Positions 27,790 through 36,764 of a stretch of DNA of 64,000 nt are shown piece after piece. How positions within the stretch are numbered: position 1 is the first letter of the stretch; every line of letters starts with the position of its first letter. Made by a program: the position numbers and the translations under genes. Source of the DNA: an uncultured archaeon (GTDB lineage Archaea > Iainarchaeota > Iainarchaeia > Iainarchaeales > DTGL01); contig CAZKED010000003.1 of assembly GCA_964551725.1 (NCBI GenBank), positions 21,617 through 85,616 of the forward strand, read 5' to 3'. The notes beneath the pieces were generated by a model. It did no database searches, had not been told where the DNA came from, and worked only from the letters and a program-made list of their open reading frames with translations.

Positions 27790-30447
27790 ATGAATTATAA
27801 GAAAAATGTTTTTTTCACTCTTGTTTTTGCGATTCTTTTTTTGTCCACTGTCTTTCTCTCGGGCTGCCCCTGGACTCCGGACATAAAACCAAAGCCGACG
27901 CCCACCCCGTCAATAACCGGTGCAAAAACTCCGACTTATTCCGCGGGAGAATTCCCGAATCCAATGCTCCTGCTGGCGGCGCCGGAATTTTCGTACGAGG
28001 AAAAAGAATTCAGCAACCCGGAATACTCACTCCCCTTGGCAGAAATGCCGGAAAACTATGCAAGGGACATCGGGGAAAGGATGCAGCTTTCACTCGGCTA
28101 CGGGGAACAGGAAACACTGCTCCAGAACGGCGCGGTAATCGTTCCGGGGGAGGAATTCGACCGCTTTGAGCACGCGTTCGGCAGGCTGAGCAATATGGAC
28201 GTGCCTGTCTTCATTACCTCCGATTCCGTACTGCACTTGTACCATATAGAATTCAACGAAATTCTGAAGAACCTGGAAATGAAAAAGCTCTCTGGAATGC
28301 TCAAGGCATTGCTCGAATCCTTAATCGTTGAATCAACGGAGCAGTACAATGGCTTGGAGAACACTGAACTGAAAGAACTGTCCGGAAGGAACATCGCCTA
28401 TCTTTCAGTGGCAATAAAGCTATTGGAGCCGGATTATCCCGTTCCTGCATTCGTGGAAGAAGACGTGGAAAAAGAACTGGAAAGAATTGAAGAACATGAG
28501 GGCTTTTTTCTGGGAGAACTTTTCAGCAAGGACTGCCCGCAGGAATGCGTGAACTATTTTTTCCCTCCCGGCGAAGACTACAAATGCAGCCAGGCAGTTA
28601 AAGGGCTGAAAATAACATACCAGGGAGAAGAATGGGACCTGCTGGAATTCTACAGGGATGTCTGCACAAAAAAATGCTACTGTGAGGACTACTCGCAGTA
28701 CGTGCCCAGAGGTCACTACACCGCAACCGAGGGACTGAAGCGCTACTTCAAGTCAATGATGTGGCTGGGAAGAATGACGTTCAAAGCGCGCGGCGAAAAC
28801 TGGACAAAGCAGGCAGTGCTTCTCACGGACGCGGCAAAATCCGCAAAAGCGGAATTCGAGGGCAAAGAATACAAGGCATCAGAGCTCTGGGACAGCATTT
28901 ACAACATCACAGGATTCTTTGCAGGAGCAAGCGACGACCTGACATTCTACGAATACGACTCAGCCGTGCAGGAACTGTTCGGAGCGGAATTCAGCGAGGA
29001 AGAATCCCTGAACCAAGAAATCGCAGGGGAAATGCAGGGAGAAATAGCGAAAATGCGCGGTCCCAAAATACTCGGCGGATTTGAAATCGACATAGCGGGA
29101 AACCTGCAGGACCTGACGCAGGGCATGCGCCTGATGGGGCAGAGGTACGCTCTCGATTCCCATATACTGGGCGACATGGTTTACAAGAATGTTGGACCGA
29201 ACGTTGATTCGCCGTACTACGGCGAAGTGCTGGACTACTGCACTACGACGAGCTGCCTGGGCATTCCCGCCTGCAGCAGGGAAAGGGAATTCTATCATTC
29301 CTGCGAAAGCATGGAGGAAGACAGGGAAAAATACTGGAATGAAGTGTGCGGTTCTGCGGTTGAACTTTACTGCGGCTGCTCTGGATGCAGCGTGACAACC
29401 CCGGGGGAAAACATTGCAAAGCTTTACAGCGTGTGCAGGTTCATGCCTTCCGGATTGGACGTAATGAGTGCATTGGGCTCGGAAAAAGCATCGCAGGTTC
29501 TCGAAGAGAACTACAAGGCGGGATACTGCAATTACGACGGAAAAACCGGGGAAATGAAATCATTGGTTGATTCCTATTCAGAGGAAAAGTGGACCGAGAA
29601 CTTGTACAACGCATGGCTCTGGATGCTGCAGCCGGTTCTCAGGGAGAAACCTGCCGGCTACCCTGAATGGATGCGCTCGGAAACATGGAAATCAAAAGAC
29701 CTCATTACAGCGCTTGCAAGCTGGGCTGAACTGAGGCACGACACAATTCTTTACGTGAAGCAGAGTTACACATGGGCTGCGGGAATAATGGCAACAAGCG
29801 CGGAACCAATAGAGGCAAAATACTACGGTTACGTTGAAGCAAACCCGGAATTGTTCGCCCGCGCCAAGTACTCCTCGGACTTTTTGCTACAGGGCTTGGA
29901 GGAAAGAGGCGTAATGACCGGCGAAGTGAAAACCGCCCTGGAAAGGAGCTCTGAAATGATGGGCAGACTGCAGGAAATAGCGGAAAAAGAGCTTGAAGGG
30001 GAAGAATTGAGCGAGGGGGAATACGACTACATTAAAAACATTGGCTCGTTGTTCGACTCCATTCTGACGGAGCTGGCATCCGCGCTTACCGTAACAGAGG
30101 GAGCCCCGGGCCCGAATATGGAGAAAAGCACTTCCCTCGAGGGAAAGGACGACGCGTTCAAAACAAGCATGGTTGCCGACGTGCACACTGAAACAAACTC
30201 CAAACGCGTGCTTGAAGTGGGAACGGGCAAAGTTGACTGGCTGTTGGTGGCGCACAAGGCAAAGGACGGCAGGATTGGCATAGCAGCAGGACCTATGTTT
30301 TCCTACTACGAGTTCGCCTGGCCGATGGACGACCGCTTGACTGACGAAAAATGGCGCTCCGAAGTTTTGGGAACAATGGAAAGACCGCTGTTATACAGCG
30401 GAACCGGGATTCCCTGTGCCCTGCAAGCGTATCACATCGCGAAATAA
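27790..30447 (+). CDS. DUF3160-family large secreted lipoprotein
   Basis: 885 aa. Signal peptide plus lipobox FLSGC, Pro/Thr linker, long alpha/beta body resembling DUF3160. Confidence 0.55.
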   Translation: MNYKKNVFFTLVFAILFLSTVFLSGCPWTPDIKPKPTPTPSITGAKTPTYSAGEFPNPMLLLAAPEFSYEEKEFSNPEYSLPLAEMPENYARDIGERMQLSLGYGEQETLLQNGAVIVPGEEFDRFEHAFGRLSNMDVPVFITSDSVLHLYHIEFNEILKNLEMKKLSGMLKALLESLIVESTEQYNGLENTELKELSGRNIAYLSVAIKLLEPDYPVPAFVEEDVEKELERIEEHEGFFLGELFSKDCPQECVNYFFPPGEDYKCSQAVKGLKITYQGEEWDLLEFYRDVCTKKCYCEDYSQYVPRGHYTATEGLKRYFKSMMWLGRMTFKARGENWTKQAVLLTDAAKSAKAEFEGKEYKASELWDSIYNITGFFAGASDDLTFYEYDSAVQELFGAEFSEEESLNQEIAGEMQGEIAKMRGPKILGGFEIDIAGNLQDLTQGMRLMGQRYALDSHILGDMVYKNVGPNVDSPYYGEVLDYCTTTSCLGIPACSREREFYHSCESMEEDREKYWNEVCGSAVELYCGCSGCSVTTPGENIAKLYSVCRFMPSGLDVMSALGSEKASQVLEENYKAGYCNYDGKTGEMKSLVDSYSEEKWTENLYNAWLWMLQPVLREKPAGYPEWMRSETWKSKDLITALASWAELRHDTILYVKQSYTWAAGIMATSAEPIEAKYYGYVEANPELFARAKYSSDFLLQGLEERGVMTGEVKTALERSSEMMGRLQEIAEKELEGEELSEGEYDYIKNIGSLFDSILTELASALTVTEGAPGPNMEKSTSLEGKDDAFKTSMVADVHTETNSKRVLEVGTGKVDWLLVAHKAKDGRIGIAAGPMFSYYEFAWPMDDRLTDEKWRSEVLGTMERPLLYSGTGIPCALQAYHIAK

Positions 30448-30506
30448 AAAAACAAGAAAAGGGAAAATAAAAGCGGAAGGAATGGAAAAGGTTCCAGGGA
30501 ACGCTT

Positions 30507-30881
30507 TCATGCCTCGATTATCCTGCTGGTGTCTATTTTCCTTATCCCTATCTCGAGTTTTCCCGCTGCCTTCCCCCTTATGAGCTGCCCGCTCACGGGC
30601 GTGAAGCCGGTGCTTGTGACAGAAACCCTTATGTGGGGAACGAATTTCCCCCTTTCAATCTGCACCTTTCCGCTTATTGCATTAAGCTCAAAAGCGCTTG
30701 CAAAATTCATTTTGTTGACCCCGCCCGCGGGAGCGTTCGATACAAGTTCAAATTCCTTCAACTTGCCGAAACCGCTTACAATCAGGCCGTAGGAAATGCT
30801 GTTGTCCCTTGCAAGATTCTCAAGTTCCTTCATTATGTCCGAATCATCCTTGAGTTTTAAAACGCATGTTGTTTCAGGCAT
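30507..30881 (-). CDS. DUF296/PPC-domain protein (predicted DNA-binding)
   Basis: MPETTCVLKLKDDSDIMKELENLARDNSISYGLIVSGFGKLKEFELVS...PHIRVSVTSTGF...VSGQLIRGKAAGKLEIGI matches the PPC/DUF296 pattern. SD GGGGTGA. Confidence 0.6.
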   Translation of the reverse strand: MPETTCVLKLKDDSDIMKELENLARDNSISYGLIVSGFGKLKEFELVSNAPAGGVNKMNFASAFELNAISGKVQIERGKFVPHIRVSVTSTGFTPVSGQLIRGKAAGKLEIGIRKIDTSRIIEA

Positions 30882-30893
30882 TTTTTTCACCCC

Positions 30894-30923
30894 AAAAAAA
30901 CAGGGGGGGCACAAGGCCCCCTG
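30894..30923 (-). terminator. Intrinsic-terminator-like hairpin (7-bp GC stem) followed by U7 on the minus-strand transcript
   Basis: cagggggggcacaaggccccctg (30901-30923), then A7 on plus (30894-30900). Lies between the Lys-rich uORF and the DUF296 start. Confidence 0.55.
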
Positions 30924-30947
30924 AATCACCCTTTGCAATTACGAAAA

Positions 30948-31043
30948 TCATTTCTTTTTCTTTTTTGTCTTTTTGCTTTTTGCCTTAGGCTTTGAAGATT
31001 TTTTCTTTTTCGCCTTGGACTTTTTTGTTTTCCTTTTACCCAT
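30948..31043 (-). CDS. 31-aa poly-lysine peptide (MGKRKTKKSKAKKKKSSKPKAKSKKTKKKKK), candidate leader/uORF
   Basis: ATG with strong SD (AAAGGAGGAATTAA-ATG). 19/31 residues are Lys. Not in the ORF track (below 60 aa). Confidence 0.4.
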   Translation of the reverse strand: MGKRKTKKSKAKKKKSSKPKAKSKKTKKKKK

Positions 31044-31217
31044 TTAATTCCTCCTTTACAATTAAAGGCAGAATCAGGCAATTTGCTAGAATCAGTTGAG
31101 CTGCCACAGCAAAAATGCTGCCATGCCTAAAATCTATACTATACATCACATCTTATATTTAACCCTATCGCTCCTGCTCCGGTTTCCCGGAAAAAATTTG
31201 CCGCAAAGGATTAAAAA

Positions 31218-32492
31218 TTGCGGAGCAGTAATTCTTTAATGCCGCTGAAAAGAAAACTCTCGCTGTGGGAAGTGACGCTCTGCGGAATAGGACTAATACT
31301 CGGAGCGGGAATTTACGTACTCATAGGCGAGGGCGCGGCATTTTCGCAGAATGCTGTGTGGCTCAGCTTTCTTGCCGGAGCAGTTATAGCGACGCTGAGC
31401 GGGCTGAGTTACGCTGAACTGGCATCGATGTATCCGAAAGCCGGAGCGGAATACGACTATTCAATGCAGGCTTTCGGCAAACGCGCTGCATTCATTACGG
31501 GATGGCTTGCAATATTCGCATCAATTCTGGGTGCCACGACCGTGGCAATTGGATTCGGCAAATATTTCGGAGAATTTTTCGCGCTGCCTTGGCTTGCTGG
31601 AGCAATACTCATAATAGCGATTTCCGCTCTCGTGCTGCTGCTCGGCGTGCAGCAGTCCGCGAGGCTCGGCGCAATAATCACGCTTATAGAAGCCGCTGGA
31701 CTTGTGTTCATTGTTTTCATCGGCATTCCATTCCTCGGCAATTTGGAGTTCATGGAATTTCCTCCGGCCGGCGGGGTGTTAAGCGGCGCAGTCATAGTGT
31801 TCTTCGCCTTTCTCGGCTTTGAGGAAGTTGTCAGGTTTTCCGAGGAAACAAAAAATGCGCGGACAACAATTCCCAAGGCGCTCATTCTTTCAATTGTTGC
31901 CTCCACGGTTCTCTACGTGCTTGTTGCAATTGCCGCGGTCAGCATTGTGGGCTGGGAGGCATTAGCGCAGTCAAACAGCCCTTTGGCGCTCGTGGCGGAA
32001 AGCGTTGCCGGAAACAACGCTTTCACAGCGCTCGCAGTCATCGCGCTTTTTTCAACCGCGAATACCGTTCTGCTTGTAATGCTGGCTGCATCGCGCCTTC
32101 TCTACGGGATAAGCGAGGTGCACGTTCTGCCCAGTGCGCTGCACAGAACATGGAAGAACGGTGTGCCGTGGATTGCTGTTCTGGCAACAGCTGTTCTCGC
32201 GCTTCTTTTCATTGCGCTGGGCGAAATCGGGTTTGTGGCAAGCACCGTGGACTTCGCGCTTTTCCTTATATTCATTATAATTAATTTCTCGGTAATAAAG
32301 CTCCGCTTCTCAGAGCCGGAAGCGGAAAGACCTTTCAGAGTGCCGCTTTCTATTGGCAGAATGCCGGTGCTGCCCGTGCTCGGCATTCTCTCAACGCTTG
32401 TGCTCACGGCGAGCGTGAAGCCCGAAGTAATGCTCGTTGGAGCGGCTGTGACTGGAATAGGCGCGGCAATAGCGCTCCTGTTCGAGCGCTAG
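31218..32492 (+). CDS. APC-family amino acid permease
   Basis: 424 aa, 12 TM helices. GIGLILGAGIYVLIGEGA N-terminal motif typical of amino acid/polyamine transporters. Confidence 0.75.
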   Translation: MRSSNSLMPLKRKLSLWEVTLCGIGLILGAGIYVLIGEGAAFSQNAVWLSFLAGAVIATLSGLSYAELASMYPKAGAEYDYSMQAFGKRAAFITGWLAIFASILGATTVAIGFGKYFGEFFALPWLAGAILIIAISALVLLLGVQQSARLGAIITLIEAAGLVFIVFIGIPFLGNLEFMEFPPAGGVLSGAVIVFFAFLGFEEVVRFSEETKNARTTIPKALILSIVASTVLYVLVAIAAVSIVGWEALAQSNSPLALVAESVAGNNAFTALAVIALFSTANTVLLVMLAASRLLYGISEVHVLPSALHRTWKNGVPWIAVLATAVLALLFIALGEIGFVASTVDFALFLIFIIINFSVIKLRFSEPEAERPFRVPLSIGRMPVLPVLGILSTLVLTASVKPEVMLVGAAVTGIGAAIALLFER

Positions 32493-32535
32493 GACGCGGA
32501 AAAAAATATTTAAACTCTTTCCATCCAATTTTCCC

Positions 32536-33159
32536 ATGGGCGTTCCTAAAAGAGCAATTGACCTCCTCGCTTTCTTATACATAACGGCGGTTTTGGGGCT
32601 TATTTTTCTGCACCTGGATTCCTTTATTGCCCTGACCGCAGCGTTCCCCCTGCCCATGGGATTCCTCAAGTTTGCTGCGCTCGCCACTTTCGGCGAATTT
32701 GTGAAGATACGCCGCTCTACCGGAAAATGGGACTTCGGGGACTGGCTTCCCAAACTCGTTGTGTGGGGAGCGTTCGGCATATGGTTCGCGATAATTTTTC
32801 CGCTGTTCGGCGCGGGAACTGCGGCAATAATTGAAAAGGGGCTCTGGCCGGATTTTGGTCCTGTGTTCACAGCGTTTTCCACAAGCCTGTTCATGAATCT
32901 GCTCGCGCTTTACGCCTGGCCCATGATGCTACTGCACGAGTACTGCAACAGGGTGATTGAAAAGAGGAGATTTGTTTCTCCGGCGAAATTCGGCGAAAAA
33001 CTGGACAAGGGCGCCTGGTTCAGGTTCATTCCCCTGACAATAGTGTTCTTCTGGCTGCCCGCTCACACAATTACCTTCATGCTGCCTGAAGAACTCCGCG
33101 TTTTAATGGCGGCGCTCCTCTCGACAGCGCTCGGGTTCATTCTTACGATTAAGAAGTGA
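32536..33159 (+). CDS. Hypothetical membrane protein
   Basis: 207 aa, 6 TM helices. Confidence 0.45.
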   Translation: MGVPKRAIDLLAFLYITAVLGLIFLHLDSFIALTAAFPLPMGFLKFAALATFGEFVKIRRSTGKWDFGDWLPKLVVWGAFGIWFAIIFPLFGAGTAAIIEKGLWPDFGPVFTAFSTSLFMNLLALYAWPMMLLHEYCNRVIEKRRFVSPAKFGEKLDKGAWFRFIPLTIVFFWLPAHTITFMLPEELRVLMAALLSTALGFILTIKK

Positions 33160-33164
33160 TTATT

Positions 33165-33445
33165 TTTTCCCGCGGCGTCTTCTGCGGCTGGGCCGAGCCG
33201 GCTCTCCGCCGCGCTTTTTCCAGAAAATTATTTCCCTCTCCGCTGTTGCTGAATCGACCGCGGAACCCGGCTGGGTGAGAGCTCTTCCCCATTCTTCAAC
33301 CTCTCGCCGAGCCCTGCTCTTGGGCGAGCCGTGACCTCTTCCGTCCCTGTAAACATGCCTTCTGCGCATAAAGTAATTACTAGCCCAAGCTTTTTAAGCT
33401 TTAGCCGGCTTAAGTTTTCCATGCCTGTTTTTCCGCGGGGGTTTT
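33165..33445. other. GC-rich noncoding island, candidate structured RNA (unassigned)
   Basis: About 280 nt without credible ORF (only Arg-rich antisense ORFs). Termini complementary (cccgcgg 33169-33175 vs ccgcggg 33436-33442). Internal 7-bp inverted repeat CGCGGCG...CGCCGCG (33171-33215). No RNase P or SRP motifs recognised. Confidence 0.2.
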
Positions 33446-33448
33446 AAA

Positions 33449-34624
33449 GTGCCCATAGCACATTACATTGAAGAAGCGGAGCGCGATTCCTCGTGGATAA
33501 GAAAAATGTTTTCCCTAGGCATTGAAATGAGGAAAGAACACCTCGGGGAAAAAATAGCCGATTTTTCAATAGGAAACCCGCACCTCTCCCCGCCGAAAGA
33601 ATTTATTGAAGCGCTCCGCGCGCACGCGGGGGACAAGGACATCCATAGATACATGCCCAACGCCGGCTTTACGGACGTAAGGGAAAGAATCGCGGGATGG
33701 CTGGAAAAAAAATTCGGCATTCCTTTCCGCACGGAACACGTTGTCATGACTGTTGGTGCGGCAGGCGGAATGAATGCCGCGCTGAAAACGGTGCTGAATG
33801 CCGGTGAAGAAGTACTGCTGCTCGAGCCCTGGTTCTGCGAGTACAAGTTTTACGCAGAAAACCATGGGGGAAGGACAACAGTGGCGCGGACAAGGGAAAA
33901 CTTCGACCTCGACTTCAAAGAACTCGGAAAAAAAATCACGGAAAAAACGCGCGCAATAATCTTCAATTCCCCGAACAACCCCACGGGAAAGGTGTACAGC
34001 GAAAAAGAGCTGCAGGAGTTCGCGGAACTGCTCCGCGGGAAGCAGGAAGAATTTAACTCCCAGATTTACGTTTTGTCCGACGAGCCATACAGGGAAATAG
34101 TGTTCGAGGGCAAAAAAATCGCGCCCAGCATATGCTCCTATTACGAAAATTCCTTCATGATTTACTCCTGGTCGAAAAGCCTCAACCTGCCGGGGGAAAG
34201 AATAGGGTACATTGCCGCGCACCCTGAACTTGACGACAAGCGCATTTACGGAAAGCTCGCGTTCACCAACAGGATTCTCGGGTATGTGAACGCCCCCGCG
34301 CTCATGCAGAAAGCGGTTGCGGACGTTCTGGACCTGACAGTGGACATTTCGCCTTACAGGGGGGGAAGAAGAATTATTTCCCCGGCTTTAAGGAAAGCCG
34401 GTTATGAATTCACGGAACCGGAGGGAACGTTTTATTTTTTCCCGAAAAGCCCCTTGGAAAACGAACTGGAATTCGTTGAAAAAGCCGCGGAAAAACTCGT
34501 GCTTGTGACGCCGGGCCGCGGCTTCGGGAGAAAGGGCTATTTCAGGATTTCCTACGCAACCGACAGAGAATCAATTGAACTGGGCGCGGAAAGGCTTGCC
34601 GAACTGGCGGGTGAAATCAAATGA
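33449..34624 (+). CDS. PLP-dependent aminotransferase, class I (aspartate/aromatic)
   Basis: 391 aa. NSPNNPTGKVYS, YSWSKSLNLPGERIGY (PLP Lys). Stop overlaps the iorA start. Confidence 0.8.
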   Translation: MPIAHYIEEAERDSSWIRKMFSLGIEMRKEHLGEKIADFSIGNPHLSPPKEFIEALRAHAGDKDIHRYMPNAGFTDVRERIAGWLEKKFGIPFRTEHVVMTVGAAGGMNAALKTVLNAGEEVLLLEPWFCEYKFYAENHGGRTTVARTRENFDLDFKELGKKITEKTRAIIFNSPNNPTGKVYSEKELQEFAELLRGKQEEFNSQIYVLSDEPYREIVFEGKKIAPSICSYYENSFMIYSWSKSLNLPGERIGYIAAHPELDDKRIYGKLAFTNRILGYVNAPALMQKAVADVLDLTVDISPYRGGRRIISPALRKAGYEFTEPEGTFYFFPKSPLENELEFVEKAAEKLVLVTPGRGFGRKGYFRISYATDRESIELGAERLAELAGEIK

Positions 34625-36195
34625 AAAAAGAAATCGTCCTCGGGGACGAAGCGCTCGCTCTGGGGGCGGTTGACGCGGGAATTTCATGCGCTTTCGCTTA
34701 TCCCGGAACGCCGAGCACGGAAATAGCCGAGTTCCTCATTTCAGGGCAAAAAGAATTCGGCATCCGCGCGGAATGGTGCGCCAACGAAAAAACAGCGTTC
34801 GAAGCCGCGCTAGGCGCCTCGTTCGCCGGCAAGCGGGCTCTCGTTTCAATGAAGCACGTTGGATTGAATGTTGCAGCGGATGCTTTCATGAATTCCGCAA
34901 TCTCGGGAGTGAAAGGCGGCCTGGTTGTTGCGGTGGCTGACGACCCGGGCATGCATTCCTCGCAGAACGAACAGGACTCTCGCTATTATGCGGATTTTGC
35001 CAAAATTTTGTGCCTGGAGCCCTGCAACGCGCAGGAAGCATACGATTTCACGCGCAAAGCATTCGCCCTTTCCGAGGAACTGGGCATTCCCGTAATGGTG
35101 CGCTTGGTCACGAGAATTGCGCACACGCGCGAGGAAATAGAGCGCGGGGAAAAGCGCGGGCAGAACGCGCTGGACGAGAAAATGAAGTGGAACGAATGGG
35201 TTTTGCTGCCGTTGAACGCGCGGGTCCAGTTCAGGAAACTGCTGGAAAAAAAGCCCCTTCTTCTGGAAAAGTCCGGGGAATTCGTGGAAAGCGGGAAGGG
35301 AAAAGGAAAGCGCGGCGTTATTTGCGCGGGAAACGCGTTCAATTATTTCATGGAAGCGGGCAGCGGAATCCCTTGCCTCAAAATTTCCTCCTATCCCCTG
35401 CCAGAGGAAAAAATAAGGGAATTTATCGCCGGTCTTGACGAGATTGTCGTGCTCGAGGACGGCTATCCTTTCATAGAGGAAAAACTCGCTGGAATGTTCG
35501 GACTGCAGGGAAAAAAAGTGCTCGGAAAGCTCTCAGGGCTCATTCCGAAGGACGGCGAACTCACGCCCGAAAGCGTCAAGAAGGCGCTTGGAATCAGGGC
35601 GAGAATTCCTTTCTCCGTTGAAAAGGAATTTTTGGCGGGAAGACCGCCGCAGCCGTGCAAGGGCTGCCCGCATTCAGACCTTTACAGGGCGCTCAATGAA
35701 GCCGTAAAGGAATTTCCCGGTGCAATGGTTTTCGGCGACATCGGCTGTTACACTTTGGGGGCATTAAAACCATTTCTTTCAATTAACACCTGCATTGAAA
35801 TGGGCTCCTCCGTTAACATGTCCCGCGGCGCTTCGGTTGCAGGGGCAAGGCATTCAATCGGGGTCATAGGCGATTCAACTTTTGTGCACGGGGGAATGCC
35901 CGCCCTGGCTGAAGCGGCGAAAAGGAAATCAAACATCACCCTGATTGTTCTGGACAACAGCACGGTTGCAATGACCGGGGGGCAGGAAACAATCGCGCAA
36001 GGCGAAGAACTTGTGAGAATCTGCGAAGGACTGGGCATTGAAAAAGAGCACGTTAAAGTCATAGAGCCGCTGCCCGGAAAGCATAGGGAGAATGCTGAAG
36101 TGCTCAAAGGGGAAATTTCGTACAATGGAGCGAGCGTGGTGATCTCAAAGCGCGCGTGCATTCAGATACTGAAAAGGCTGGCGAAAAAGAAATGA
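34621..36195 (+). CDS. iorA: Indolepyruvate:ferredoxin oxidoreductase alpha subunit
   Basis: 524 aa. MKKEIVLGDEALALGAVDAGISCAFAYPGTPSTEI N-terminus, GDIGCYTLG TPP motif. Confidence 0.8.
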   Translation: MKKEIVLGDEALALGAVDAGISCAFAYPGTPSTEIAEFLISGQKEFGIRAEWCANEKTAFEAALGASFAGKRALVSMKHVGLNVAADAFMNSAISGVKGGLVVAVADDPGMHSSQNEQDSRYYADFAKILCLEPCNAQEAYDFTRKAFALSEELGIPVMVRLVTRIAHTREEIERGEKRGQNALDEKMKWNEWVLLPLNARVQFRKLLEKKPLLLEKSGEFVESGKGKGKRGVICAGNAFNYFMEAGSGIPCLKISSYPLPEEKIREFIAGLDEIVVLEDGYPFIEEKLAGMFGLQGKKVLGKLSGLIPKDGELTPESVKKALGIRARIPFSVEKEFLAGRPPQPCKGCPHSDLYRALNEAVKEFPGAMVFGDIGCYTLGALKPFLSINTCIEMGSSVNMSRGASVAGARHSIGVIGDSTFVHGGMPALAEAAKRKSNITLIVLDNSTVAMTGGQETIAQGEELVRICEGLGIEKEHVKVIEPLPGKHRENAEVLKGEISYNGASVVISKRACIQILKRLAKKK

Positions 36196-36755
36196 AAAAG
36201 AACATTTTAATCTGCGGAGTCGGGGGGCAGGGCGTCCTGACAATTGCCAAAATAATAGTGATTGCGGCACAGAGCCAGGGAGTGAAATTCAAGCAGAACG
36301 AAGTCCACGGAATGAGCCAGCGCGGCGGCTCGGTGTACGTTCACCTGCGTTTGTCCAGCGAGAAAATTTTTTCCCCCATCATTCCCAAGGGGGAAGCGGA
36401 TATCGTCCTTTCACTGGAGCCGATGGAGGCACTGCGCTATGCCCCTTTCCTTGCCAGAGGCGGTGTTTTCGTTTCAAGTTCCGCGCAGGTTAAGAACATC
36501 GAATACGATTACGGGAAAACAATAGAAAAAATCCGCGCGCTGGGGGGAAACCCCTTGGATTCCCGAAAGCTTGCGGAGGAAGCCGGAAATGCCCTCACGG
36601 AAAACGTCGTACTGCTCGGCGCCGTGAGCCCCGCGCTCGGATTGAAGGAAGGCGCGCTGGAGCAGGCACTGGAAAGAGCATTCGCTTCCAGGGACGGGGA
36701 AATCCTTAAAATCAACCTTAAAGCATTCGCCCTCGGAAAGAAAGCCCTTGCCTGA
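36192..36755 (+). CDS. iorB: Indolepyruvate:ferredoxin oxidoreductase beta subunit
   Basis: MKKNILICGVGGQGVLT. ATGA overlap with iorA. The ORF-track upstream extension is not used. Confidence 0.8.
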   Translation: MKKNILICGVGGQGVLTIAKIIVIAAQSQGVKFKQNEVHGMSQRGGSVYVHLRLSSEKIFSPIIPKGEADIVLSLEPMEALRYAPFLARGGVFVSSSAQVKNIEYDYGKTIEKIRALGGNPLDSRKLAEEAGNALTENVVLLGAVSPALGLKEGALEQALERAFASRDGEILKINLKAFALGKKALA

Positions 36756-36764
36756 ACTGCGTAA

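Noticed and set aside
33160-33422. 69-aa and 64-aa Arg-rich minus-strand ORFs
   Set aside because: They sit in the GC-rich intergenic island; extreme Arg content and mutual overlap. Treated as artefacts of a possible structured RNA, not proteins.
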